A DNA stretch of 63,410 bases, counting the filler. It is 13 parts of 13 records of this genome, joined end to end, with 100 filler letters (N's around TTAATTAATTAA, not from the genome) between each part and the next. Parts side by side here need not be neighbours in the genome. Positions count along the whole stretch, not along the records: positions 19,843 to 24,361 come from SRR15195285_12531; positions 24,462 to 29,088 come from SRR15195285_12541; positions 29,189 to 33,414 come from SRR15195285_12542; positions 33,515 to 38,356 come from SRR15195285_12555; 9 more parts are not named here. One strand, written 5' to 3'. Both the position numbers and the translations under genes were made by a program. Position 1 is the stretch's first letter; each line of letters starts with the position of its first letter. The notes beneath the pieces were generated by a model that saw nothing but the letters and a program-made list of their open reading frames with translations, was not told the DNA's origin and did not search any database. This document shows, in pieces, positions 21,355 to 34,442 of the stretch.

Positions 21355-23980
21355 CTACGTAGGTCCGAAAAAGAGCTCCCGCGTCACCCCAACAGCATGT
21401 GCGTTTACCCTCTCACGGGCAGCTTCAAAGCACGTAGTCGGACTGCTAGTGGCACCAGTGCCACCCGACCGGTCTGATCGCTTCGCTATCGATTCTCGTT
21501 CGTGTGTTCGCTTGTGCGCAAGTGCACCAGTGTCGTGTAATGTTAGTCGTCGGATCAGCGCTCCGCGACAAGGCCCTGATAGCGCTCGGCCCCCGGTCTG
21601 CATGAGTTTCACCAAGCTGTCTACTGGCCACGCATCTGCCGCGCTCAGTTCTAGCAACTCCAGAGCCTTGCACGCGAGCAGCAAGCGATCAAAAGGGTCG
21701 ACAGAGTCAGGTACTGTAGCATCATTTTCTCCTCTGCTGTCCGCAGCCGAGCAACTCCACTGGCGGCGGTCAGCATCTCCAACAGCAAGCCGCACAATGG
21801 CAATGCTCCGCAAGGCTGCTTGGGCTCTGCAAAAGTCCAGCACTTGGTACAGGTCTGGGATAATGGCCTCGCTACAGCGTTGTAGCCGGATTGAACTCAG
21901 CTTTGTACAGCCACTGGACCCTGTGCTGTTACCTTGAGAGGGGAAAAGTACGGCGTTTCTATCACACGATCTCTCTACGCTGCCATGTTCTGCAGTATCC
22001 AGCGCAAGCGATAAGCTCAACGATTCGAGGTTGGTGCATCGGTGCGACAGCTCGTGCCGTAGGACCTCAACGCCAGCTACCGAGACTGTGGACCCAAGAC
22101 TGAAGGACCGCAGCGAGAGGTTTTGCAGTGCCGATTGAATACCACGCTCGCCAAGGCAGGTGAGATGCTGCTCGATGCTCAGATGCTGCCAATCCGGAGC
22201 CAGCGAATCGCACAATTAGCAACAGACAAGGTGCACAACGACAAGTTCAGTAAGGCCATCGTCGGACCAAGCTGAATACGTGATTGACAAGCTCCTAGAG
22301 AAGTATGATGAAGCTGCACTGACCTTAATCGCACGGCAGCTTTCACACAAGGTCACCTGCGAGACAGCAAACCGACGACCGAATTAATGTCCTATCGGCT
22401 TACTATTGCAGCTGTAGCCAAAACTTTCCGTAGACGAAACGCACCAGGCCACTGTCCTCGAACATTCCAAATCTCAATTCGACTACTTCCAATATGGTTG
22501 CACTGCCGGAACCCGCGATTGTGCACAGGAGGGCATCATTGACCCGCGCGCCCAGTCCTAAACGCAGCTCCACAAGCATGCTCAAGGTGTTCAGGCTGCC
22601 TGAGGTGCCGCTGGCACCTTCACCGATCAAGACGGGGAGCAGAAAGCCGGCCGACAACGACCGCAGTGACCGGTGTGGTCTCTCCAAGTCTACTGACTCT
22701 GGCGCCAAAGCGCAGCCTCCGCCGGCACAGCCACGGACATCAATGTGAGTCAGAGCACTGCAACGCTGCAGTATAATTTGTAGCCATGTCGCTTCTTTCG
22801 CCACATTATCAGTGGCATCATTTAGTCTCGTCTGTCCGTCACTGAGGCCCAGCTCAACCAAAGCAGGGAGATGGCCTGCCTGTGCTGCCTCAGCCACCAG
22901 CTCTAAGCCGGAGGCCAGTCCACAGGAACATATGCTAAGAGCAACTAGACTAGTCTGTCGGCATAAATGGCCGTCTGCTGGTCCCTGACCCTGGCGCAAC
23001 TCTGCAAGCCAGCCAGGTGGCGGCGGTAGCGTCCGTTTGTTAAGGTTGGTTGGCCCTCTCGCGGCCTGAGTAGGGCGAAGCCGATCAAGCAGCTGCCGTA
23101 GTGAAAGATCCGTCACGCCGGGGCAGCCGGTTACCTTGAAACAGCGCAGCGATGGGCGCTCGATGGGGCAACGGCAGCCAGTACCTTCACAGCGACAAGT
23201 CGGAGCCGGGGCCAACAACGAACCAGGCTGTAGCAGAGCGCTGTCATCAATTGATGAATATGCGACTTCGAGCTCGTCAAGTCCGCGCAAACCAGAGAGC
23301 AACTCGTGCCACCCACTAGGAGAGACATTATCGTGGGTGATTCGGAGCCGGCGCAGCTGAGGACAGCCCAGCGCCAGTGCTGTGGCCTCATCATCGCCGA
23401 GACCGAACGCGTGGGTGGCACTGAGCTCTCGGAGCTGCGGCAATGTCGTCACTTTGGCATGGTAGGCGCTCCCTCTGCTGAAGAGGGCACGGCGTCCTGG
23501 AAATGGTAAGGTTGCGTCAGCGCCATCCAACCGTAGCGCCCGCAGAGACGCCCGTACTTCGCCGAGGATTTCGTTGACGTCAAGAGCTGACAGACTGCGC
23601 GCAGCTGTGGGCCAGTTCTGAAGCGACAGGTCCAGTAGACGCAGCTTCTGGGTTTCACCGTGAGGCAAACTTGGATCTCCAGTAGCACGAGCCTGCTCGA
23701 AAGCTGCCCATGCAGGCCACCGCGCAAGTTCTCCGCTCTGCTCAAGCAACCCGGCCAACCGGTCGGACCAGGCTCTCGCACCATCAAGAGCCATGGATGG
23801 CGGCGTCAGGTGGTGCAGATGCTGGAAGCTCTCCTCTGCCCACACCCGAAGCGTTCTGCTGACAGCGCGCAGTCTCACTCGTGTCTGCACGTCCATTGCG
23901 TCGAACAGAGACTCCCGCAGCTCCCGCAGCTGCAACAGGCTCAGCAGCGCCTGCATGGAGCCTGCTTCTGTCGCCGCCAT
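21355..23980 (-). CDS. Leucine-rich repeat protein (F-box/FBXL-like), multi-exon
   Basis: N-terminal LFDAMDVQTRVRLRAVSRTLRVWA (F-box-like); repeats such as CPQLRRLRI, LRCFKVTGCPGVTDLSL, CSALTHIDVRGC, CTNLESLSL and CTKLSSIRLQRC. Confidence 0.75.
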
Positions 23981-24592
23981 CGCACGCTGCCAAGTGGGCG
24001 CGCGCGCGTCCGGCCATCGCGCGCGCGCACGTCCCTGCGCTGTTTTTTTTAAAAAACACCGCGATGACTGACCAAGGGTAGTTCCAAGCACAGACAGTGC
24101 CCAGATTCAAATTGAATTATTTCCGCAAATGCGCGTGGGATGCAGGGATGGTGGGGTAGCTGGGGGAAGATGGGCGATGACGGCGGGGGAGATAGCTCTA
24201 GCGGGCACGCACACTTGCTGTTGGGGAGGGTACTTAAGAGCGCCTGATGCGGGCGCTCTGTCTACCTATCGGGGGCAGGCGCTCGCTGGCGCCTGCGGGC
24301 GGCGGGTAGAAGGCCGCCATCTGTATCAACTACGTTCTTACATTCATACAGGGAGTTCGCCNNNNNNNNNNNNNNNNNNNNNNNNNNNNNNNNNNNNNNN
24401 NNNNNTTAATTAATTAANNNNNNNNNNNNNNNNNNNNNNNNNNNNNNNNNNNNNNNNNNNNCTTCCGCGGCCGCATGTCCACCAAGGAGGTCGACGAGCT
24501 GCCTGAGTGTATGCAGTGCTATGTAAACCGCCTTGTCTTATCTCTGAGTCAGTGGTGATCAAGTCCAGATGTAATACCATCTCGTTCGGCTG

Positions 24593-26441
24593 CGGGCTGT
24601 GGCAGTGGTGCCAGCCGGGACGTCGGTCGGGCACGGAGAGGTGGTGGAGCAGGCCGGAGAGCAGAAGTCGCCCTGCAGTCCCTGGATCTGAACCTTCTTC
24701 TCGTCCGCCTGGCAGGGGCCAGCAGCGGGGTCACCGTAGTGGCCGTGGCCAGGGGAAGGCGGTGGTGGTGGCGGGCCAGGCGGCCCGTTCGTGTAGGTGC
24801 AGATGGCAGTGGTAGAGATCGGGTGGCACGCGGCCTTCTCCGGGCAGGCGAGGTTGTTCAGCTCGGTCTGGCCAGTGAAGACATTGTTGCCAGCGCAGAC
24901 CAGCGCGCACATAGACGGTGGCTGGCCCGGCGCGCCGAGGGCGCACTGTGGGTGGGCTTCAGTTCCAGCCGGAACGTTGGTCGGGCACGGGGAGGTCGCG
25001 GAGCACGCTGGGCAGCACATCTCACCCGGAACGCCGGTGATCTGCACGCTCTTCTCGCCCGTCTCGCAAGGACCAGTGTACGGGTCACCGTACGGGTGCT
25101 TGTATGTCGGCGGCTTCGGCTCCGGGCGCTGGCCAGGGGTCGGCGGCGGGATCGGCGGGGCGGTGCCCTTGTTGACGACCGGGTAGGTGGGCTGAGTCGC
25201 CATGCCACACATGCCTGCGCCCTTATCCTTGGGGTTCTCGGCGTTCTTCGCCAGCATCACGTAGCCTTGCTGGCCCCAGGTAGGGCCCCAGCTGTTCTTC
25301 ACGATGTATGCGTCGTCCGTCATGCCGACAATCAGGACGCCGTGGTCGAGCTTGTCGCCACATGCGGTGGCGTTGTCGAGCGTCCCAGACTTGTAGTGCT
25401 GGAAGTACGGGTGGTCGGCCTCGATGGCAATGGACACCGGGTTCTGCATGATGGCCGCCTGCATCTGGACCTCGTTCTTGTGAGCCACGTCGGTGAAGTT
25501 GTTGACCGTGGCGACGACGCGCTTCTCGGCGGCCGTCCAGCACACGCCGTCCTTGGCGGTGTAGTTGTAGTCCAGCTCGGAGTCAATTCCGCCGTTGGAC
25601 ATGATGTACTTGAAGCCAGCCTCCATGATGCCGCCCTTGCAGCCGTGGTTGCCCTCCTTCGCTGAGCAGTCAACGAGCTGCTGCTCCGAGAGCGAGCGCA
25701 GCTGGCCGGTGGCGAGGAAGAACGCGCCCTCCGTGGAGCCGGTGGTCGAGAATGCCCAGCACGAGCCCTGCAGGCGCAATCGAACCTCGGGTCAGAGCGC
25801 GTGCGCGAGGGCAGGCAATGCAAGGCCGGAGCGGCGGGGCGAGGAAGGACGGGCGCGCGACGAGAGGAGCACTCACGCAGCCTCCCTGGTTCTTGACGGG
25901 CGTCACGGCGCCCTTCTCGCGCCAGTCGATGGCGGCGTCGGGGGCCGGGACCGGCAGCTCAACGACGTTGCGCTCGGATTCCGGCTTGACCGGGAACGGG
26001 GTCGGGCTGAGCGCGTACGCGGCCCACTCCGCGGACGTCATGTCGGAGAACTGGTTGACACCGAGGCGAAAGTTGTGCACGCCCGCGTCGGCCTCCGCGT
26101 TGTGCTGCTGGATCATCGCCAAAGTGTCGGCGTAGACCTGCTGCCGACGCTCGCGCTCCTCGGCGTCGTAGTCGCGCTCGAACATGCGGGCCCAGGCCTG
26201 CGGCGCGCACACACACGCTCTCAGTCGGCGGTTGGCGCAGCAGCACAACTCGCGCCAACAAACGGCGGGTCCGACAACAAGCACAGCAACGCCGACCAAC
26301 ACCATCCATCGCACGCACATCGAACTCCATGACCTCGGGGGCCGGCGTGGTGAGCACGACCTGCTCGGCGACGGTCATGCTGAGCGTCGGCTGCGTCGGC
26401 GCCGCGACGCTGGACGCGTAGAGTGCAAGGAGGGCGGCCAT
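24593..26441 (-). CDS. Papain-family (C1A, cathepsin L-like) cysteine protease with I29 prodomain and C-terminal Cys-rich repeats; 3 exons, 3'-truncated
   Basis: Prodomain ER..Y..I.QHN..LGVNQFSDMT; DWREKGAVTPVKNQGGC|GSCWAFS split by an intron at ~25771-25876; LDHGV; YIVKNSWG; Pro linker plus two (H/Y)GDP..GPC repeats, the second incomplete. Confidence 0.93.
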
Positions 26442-27875
26442 CTCGATGATGTAGGCGTGCTGTTTCCAGCGTGGCTCTGTGGCCTTCTTTTTCAACGCCT
26501 TTGTCAACGGCCGATTCGATTCATTCCCACGATTCCCCATTTCCACGGTCAGCCCGCGCAGTCGATACTCACAGTCTTTTCCATACTGGGAATCGAGTAA
26601 AAAGGGATGCGCAGGTTGTGTCGCCGCGTCCGGAAATCAACTGTGAATTCGATCGGGTGAGTGCGGTGGCGTCCCATGGGACGCTGGCGTCGCTGCTGTT
26701 CCCTCGCGCCGGCTGCTGTCCATCATTCGATTCGCATGCCGCTTCGCCGGTCCGGGAGGATGTATTGCTATTGGAATTTGACTGCGCAGCGGCTCTCGCT
26801 GTACCTGTTGCGCAAAACAGTTTGGGGCCTGAGTTCAGCATTCTTGGCTGAGCAATTCGAGATGGGCTGCAAATGATCACCGGTATGGGGTGCAATCCAG
26901 CACATGATCCAGCACTGGTTCGAGATTCGTACTTAACAGCGCGATCAGCCTTTATGAGAGCGATTTGAAGACTGAATGCAGTGTACGAGCTTGTAAATGC
27001 AATGCGTCCACCGAGCGATGCAGGGAAGTCCAGGCGATAAAACAGTCAGAGCGGAATTTTCCGGAGGGCAATGTCAATTCACCGTTTAGTTGCTATTATT
27101 GGATAGTGGAAGGGACCATTGTGGCCAGTTTTAGCAGCTTCATTTCGTGATGAGAGAGAAGCGCGCGCGACCGCCAAGAAGACCAGGGCAGCCATTCAAT
27201 ACCCAATTGCTATTGATAGTACCCATAAACGGCATTGGACATTGGAGAACACAGGGTCGAACGGGAAAAAACGGAAAGCTTTGGACGAGCGAGAACCGCA
27301 TCCTGTGCAACTTTCGACGCATTTACGATTTAGGAATTCCTAGCCGGTTCACCGCAGCACCGCAGCCCATAATCCCGTTGCCGTCCGCTCTCCAGAGTCA
27401 GACTCTGGAGAATTCCAAACACTTTCCCTTCCCCCCTCGCCAACTAATTCAATCCACATTCTCTATCGGATTGGCGAGCGAAAAGTCTTTGCGGAGGCAG
27501 AGAACGCGAGGCGAGGTCATTCATTCATTATGAAAATCAGTCCGAATTCCGTTCCATCGGTTTTTCGGAAAATGGATCGTTGGAAAATGATTATTGATTC
27601 TGTGATCACTGAACTGCTCTCTCAGCGGGAATCAGTCTGTGATCACTGACTGCTCTCAGAATTTCAATTCCCGAACTTACACATTCTCACGGTGAATGAA
27701 TATCTATGGCAGAATCGCGCAGGAGCTCACCGTGTGTTTAGTGTGGAACTCGTCTGACGCAGTGTGCGGAATGGTCATGTGGGACGGGGCGATCGCTCGT
27801 TGCGTCCCAACGCACTCACAACAGCTCTTCAGCTCGTCGTTTACCCCCTCACCCTCAACAACAACCAGCAGCACA

Positions 27876-29088
<1,213 letters not shown>

Positions 29089-29188
29089 NNNNNNNNNNNN
29101 NNNNNNNNNNNNNNNNNNNNNNNNNNNNNNNNTTAATTAATTAANNNNNNNNNNNNNNNNNNNNNNNNNNNNNNNNNNNNNNNNNNNN

Positions 29189-29584
29189 CCCACAATGGGC
29201 CCTGCATCTGAACCATCGACACAACATTATTCCGGAGGATGCGGAAATCTGGTCGAGTGCCCAGATGGCACCTGCGTGACTGCTGCTGCCGAGTGCGAGT
29301 CTGGCAGCACAGTCGTATGCGGATTCCTGGACTTCATGGGGCAGTACGTCAGTGGGGGCGCGCCCTCTGTTGTCGACATGATTGATGACTGCCTTGGCAT
29401 CATTGGTAGCGACATCTTTGAAGTTACATCAAGCTGTGGCGGCCAAGAAGTGTGCCAGTTTTCTGAGCTGCTCCAGTGTATCGACCAAGGAAACACGGAG
29501 TGCCCAGCGGCTCCTACGTGCTACGCCGTGGCCGATGCTTTGAACGCCCTAGAGTGCAGTGATCATGCAGGAGGCGCACCATAG
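29189..29584 (+). CDS. Cys-rich protein fragment, function unknown
   Basis: Open frame with many Cys (VECPDGTCVTAAAEC); at contig edge. Confidence 0.45.
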   Translation, partial: PTMGPASEPSTQHYSGGCGNLVECPDGTCVTAAAECESGSTVVCGFLDFMGQYVSGGAPSVVDMIDDCLGIIGSDIFEVTSSCGGQEVCQFSELLQCIDQGNTECPAAPTCYAVADALNALECSDHAGGAP

Positions 29585-30238
29585 GAGTGCCGAGTGATTG
29601 CACAAGGCATGCGCGTGCCAATACGAGGAGTGACGGCCGCGACGGGCCCGCCGCACTGCCCATTAATACACCCTGTCAACCCCGAGTCGTTGTTAGCTGA
29701 GTGGGCCTCTCGTTTTGGCCTGGGCAGCCCATTGCGGACTCCTCGCCCCCGGAGCGATGTTACCCGGCCAACCTAGTGCACAACCTGGGGCAACGCCACC
29801 CGCTGCCGCCCAACGAGAAACACGCACCTTGCGCGAGTTTGCTTTCGAAACTACACACATGATACTCGAGGCACAAAACCCAAACTAGCTACCACTTCGT
29901 GACAGTTTCCGATGGTATAGGCTGCGCTACACTAGCGAGAGGCCCAAGAAAGGGCCACTGGAATGCAGAGCTCATTGATAGAGAACATTCTTCGAACGCG
30001 GCCCTGGACCGCTGGGCACCGCACCCAACTCTCTCTATCCCTCGACTGGGCTATGTACATGTACAGCTGTACCGGCGGAGGAGGATGCAGAAGAAGTCGA
30101 AGAGGACGATGGTGGCGTTTCAGAATTCTGAATCTGAATCCACACGGAGTTCCAATGGCAAGACTGGTTACTGCGAATCAAAATGTGATAAAACTTATTC
30201 CCCAGATGAATACGAATGGGCGATACTACTCTAGAGAT

Positions 30239-30278
30239 CAGGGGTAATAATATCCTAATAATATCCTTATTACCCCTG
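30239..30278. mobile_element. 40-nt MITE-like element with 12-bp terminal inverted repeats and flanking direct repeat
   Basis: CAGGGGTAATAA...TTATTACCCCTG, flanked on both sides by TAGAGAT (30232-30238 and 30279-30285). Confidence 0.6.
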
Positions 30279-30560
30279 TAGAGATCTAGCACTAGGAATT
30301 CCTACCAGTAGAGGTAGATTGATTAATGAACCGGCCGCCGGTGCGCATCGGGAACCCGACGCCGGCCGGAGCGCCGGACGGACGGACCGCCCAAGGGCGG
30401 GGCTTCCACGTACGCTCCCGTCCCAGGGTAGCATAGCTCTGGGCGGCAGAGCTGGCTGGAGTGGCCCTAAACGGTAGGCCGCTCCCGGCGGCAGGTTTCA
30501 TTACCTTACTGGGCTTTCGCTCAGGTGGCGCCACAGGCCGCCATACGTCTGTGAGTCCAC

Positions 30561-32126
30561 ATGAGCAGCACCGCGGCGACGTACTACGGCTACGGCAAAA
30601 TCATCGTGACGATCAAGGAGGCCAACGGCACGCTAGCAAAAGCAGATTCGCAAGGTCAGCCGGACCCTTTCGTGCGACTCTCCTTCGGCGAAGAGAAATC
30701 GGTCAAGACGAGCCACATCAGAGGCTCCGATATCAAAGGAGAAGGATCCGATAAGTCTGCAAAGTGGGATGGGGCTGCTCCGCTTGAGCTTGCACTACCC
30801 AGGACGCGCACAGCATTGCGCGTGGAACTTGTAGACAACGATCCGCTTCCCGGCATGGAAGATGACGATCGCATGGCCGAAGGCTACGTAGACTTGGCCC
30901 CGCTCATCCCTGAATGGGCCCAACAGCCAGAGCCAGACATGGAGTACGTGTCGGAGCACCTACGGCATGTACCGGAGGAGGATGCAGAAGAGGGCACGAT
31001 GGTGGCGGGTCTCACCACCCTAGATACCACGCAGAGGGGAACAAAGATAGAAGGAGGTCAGCCTGTAAGCGTCACCGTGGTGGTGAAACTTGAACTTCCA
31101 GAGCCTGGCCAGCTGACACGCCCCCCACCAGGCGAGAAGTCCCGGGCAAATCTAGCTGAGGATATGTCAGTTCTCGACTTTGCCTGCATCGCGATGAGCT
31201 CCACCCGTTCGCTGCCCCTGAGACTGGACGATGACGACGTAGCGCACCCAGAACTGCAGCAGCTTAATCTGCCAAAAATGTAAGCGCCCTCTCTTGCCGT
31301 GGCTTGGTCGGAATTTCTGCCTATCGCCTTGAGCTTCGTGCTGTTTGCTACAGGTATTCCCCGACTACCAAGCTGCGAACACTACCTTCCTACAGTATGG
31401 TCTCTCCCCGAGCACTGCACTCCGCACATTCACGACGAGAAGACTTCAACAGATCGCTTGCAAACTTGAATGCCTCCATCGCGTATCCAGAACCTGGCAG
31501 GTATGAGAACATTTGCACTGAGAACGCCAAACCATGCGGGCAAACAGAATTGTTGACAACTATGACGTGGACGGCTGCTTGGGTGCTGCAGCACGCGTAC
31601 CCTCGGCGGTCCCGATGGAAAGTCACAGATCAATCTGCATCGTTCCCATGCGTGTGTGTCAAGCGATGGCAGCACAGGCCAGAGTCCCCACCGCACTTTG
31701 GTGAGCGCACACGTCAGGATTGGGCTCTGTGCAGCATACTGGAAGCATCTGCATGATTCCATTTCTCGCCTTGAACCATCACACAAAGCCCCCTGTTTGA
31801 CACGTTTCCGTTTGGCTTAGATGTGTTCTCGAGCTGGGAGTCCAGCGTGGGTCGGTCTGGATGACTACACAGTGCGCTCAGATATGGCTACAGGACAGAG
31901 TTTGGCGTGCGGTGGGAGCTACTACAGCTCTCCAGGCGCCACTGAAGGTTTCGTTGAAGACTGGCCCTGCGCACCCAGTGGAGAACCAAGGCCGGCATTT
32001 CAAGTTGGAATTACCGGCATCGCATCACCACGGGAGCGACGCGTAGCGACATCCTGGCTCCCAACACCAGTGAGCATCAATCGCAATCGCAGTGCCTGCT
32101 CCTGTACGCATACTGATGCGTTTTGA
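30561..32126 (+). CDS. C2-domain protein, multi-exon; 3' exons uncertain
   Basis: GKIIVTIKEANGTLAKADSQGQPDPFVRLSFG..VKT..AKWD..LRVELVDND..DDDRMAEGYVDL is a C2 signature; GTAAG donor at ~31280. Confidence 0.7.
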
Positions 32127-33594
32127 TACATTTCGCGCGGAAATGGGTTGTGTAACAGCCACCTCGGAGCGCACGAAAGCCGACATCGCCGCCGATGGCT
32201 GCGCCATCACCTCCACGCTCTAGGAAATCCAAGCCTTCACCCCGGTTGACGTCACACGGCCCTGGGCCGAACGGGGGTATATTTCGTCGCTTCCCTTGCG
32301 CGATCCAGCTTCAGTCACTAAATTCCGCAATTTGTGTCTATCTGTGTGTGCCTCATGTATGCATCGCGATGGCTTTCAAACACAGAGCGAGTATGGACGG
32401 GGCGAATGGCGACGAAGCATCAGCTGGCGTGGGGGCGAACGCGGGATGCTGGCCGAGCACAGCGATTCGGGTTGAGCAAAGGCAAGTTCGATATGGCAGA
32501 ACTTGTTAAACTTCCTCGAACGCAAGTGGTATGACTGCACGTAGCTAGCCGTCCTAGTGACCACCGGGAGTCGTAGAGTTCCTAGCTTAGTTTTAAAAGA
32601 TGTGAGTCCCACTGGATAATCTGATCGCGAGTCACGCATGTAGGTCGTAGGCATGGAGAAGGCAGAGTGGCGACGCATGAATCCAGCTCAACACGCCGAG
32701 CGGATGACGAGAGAAGCCAAGGACAAGTGAGCTCCTGAAGCTCAGTCACTGTTTGTGCTGTGATTGCCTGTTCATATCGCTCCAGCTTTTGCGGATTTGA
32801 CGCTATCTAAGACAGTCGCTTATCCGATTGTTTGGTCGCAGGGAGCTCGCTGCAAAGGATCGGGCCAGGAAGCTCGTGTCCCAAGAAGCAGGATCCTAGT
32901 AGTTGCCATGAGCATAGTCTCAGTGCAACCAGTGCGTGTCCTCTGGAAGGAGTCAAAGTACACTAAAGAACATAAACATTTTTTCACCTTGTCAGCGCCA
33001 CGACATAAGTGCGCAGATCTCGCCTTTTCTATGACCTCGCAGAGCATCATAGCACTCCGCGTGTGCTCTGCCGAAGCGCTTCGAAGCGTGAGGTGGCGCC
33101 GGCAATTTGCTGGCGACTGCGGTGCGAGCTGTGTAGTTTGCCGACCGAGATGCATGGGCTTCGCCAACTTTGCGTTGGCAAGGCCCCAGATTCCGTAGCA
33201 CGTTCGGAACGCAGGCACAACTCAGGCCACTCCTGGTGCGCTCTCCACTGTTCACAACGCGAAAGCCGGATTTCGAGGCCGTACGAGATCCGCCTCCCAG
33301 AGCCAAACCCACCGCGCTGCTCCCAAAGCCGCACGCGCCGCGCTTCGTGGCATTTTTGAATTTTCTCCTAGCTCTAGCTCTCGCTACCCAGTCCACCGTC
33401 CCGGTTGCAGCTGGNNNNNNNNNNNNNNNNNNNNNNNNNNNNNNNNNNNNNNNNNNNNTTAATTAATTAANNNNNNNNNNNNNNNNNNNNNNNNNNNNNN
33501 NNNNNNNNNNNNNNCTTATTCGTGAAGCTCACGCTCTATATTTTGAGCTTATTTTGCCGTCGACAAAGGGCGTATACCCCCGAATTCGTGTACG

Positions 33595-33809
33595 TGACAC
33601 GAGCTGACACGAGCTGACACGACCCCCCCAAAAGCTCTTACCATCATTTCTCGGGGGAGTTTGAGGGGGGGGTATGTCAATCTCTATAGGAATTCTTAAT
33701 ATTCTCATTTTCTTGGTAAGAGTGGTAAGACTTTAGAGACAAGTTAAGTCTAGAAAAGAAGTTCAAAACATAGTAATCCCGACCGAGGTTGTTTGGGGGT
33801 CGTGTCAGC
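33595..33809. repeat. Iteron-like direct and nested inverted repeats around an AT-rich core
   Basis: TGACACGA x3 (33595, 33605, 33615); inverted copy TTTGGGGGTCGTGTCAGC 33792-33809; CTCTTACCA 33635-33643 versus TGGTAAGA x2 33714-33730. Confidence 0.75.
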
Positions 33810-33888
33810 GAACTGTCGAAAATGTGAGGTTTTTCCCCTCGTATCGAGGGATCGCTGGCGTCAAACACTTTCCGAGCGGCCCCTCTAA

Positions 33889-34407
33889 TCAACCGCCGCC
33901 TGCGAGAGACAACTCGGCGCGATCTGCACAGATGTGTGCAAACTTCTGGCGCATGAAGAGGAGTACGGATTTCGTATTTGCAATATTCCGCACCGCGTCA
34001 GCTGCCTCATCGGCGGTGCGAGGGACTCCTCGCACAATTCCCAACCGTTCGTCCTGATCGGTTGACGAAGGCCTCGCCACGGGAGTCCGAGCCGAACGGC
34101 GTGGCGCGGATGTCTCCTCCTTAGGCGCGGGTGTATTCTCCTTAGGCGCTCGCCGTTCATACCAACTCCTGAGATCACCGTCCTCGGTGCTCTGTAAAGG
34201 CTCACTGTCGTCGGAATGCTTAGCACCAGTGTGCAGCGATCCATCCGGCATTTTGTGAGTGGGGCCGGTGTACAGCTCGCCACCGGGCAGATAGTGCCGT
34301 TCTCCAGATCCTTTGCCATGTTGGCCTGATCTGTACGCTTGAGCAGCCGCACGCATATCACCTCCATACTGCTTGAGATTCTTGCGCATGAAATCCTGAT
34401 AGGACAT
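33889..34407 (-). CDS. Small virus-like hypothetical protein (from internal ATG MSYQDF)
   Basis: MSYQDFMRKNLKQYGGDMRAAAQAYR and HYLPGGELYTGPTHKMPDGSLHTGAKHS resemble small proteins of marine dsDNA viruses (recalled similarity, unverified); intronless. Confidence 0.45.
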   Translation of the reverse strand: MSYQDFMRKNLKQYGGDMRAAAQAYRSGQHGKGSGERHYLPGGELYTGPTHKMPDGSLHTGAKHSDDSEPLQSTEDGDLRSWYERRAPKENTPAPKEETSAPRRSARTPVARPSSTDQDERLGIVRGVPRTADEAADAVRNIANTKSVLLFMRQKFAHICADRAELSLAGGG

Positions 34408-34442
34408 GCCGTCCCCGTCTTGTTCAGCCTGGCGCTCAACGT

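Noticed and set aside
29899..30247. AT-richer short ORFs beside the mini-element
   Set aside because: No recognisable domain; could be decayed foreign DNA but this is unsupported.
32330..33414. Several overlapping 95-145 aa ORFs at the end of contig 8
   Set aside because: No motif or consistent exon structure that I could support.
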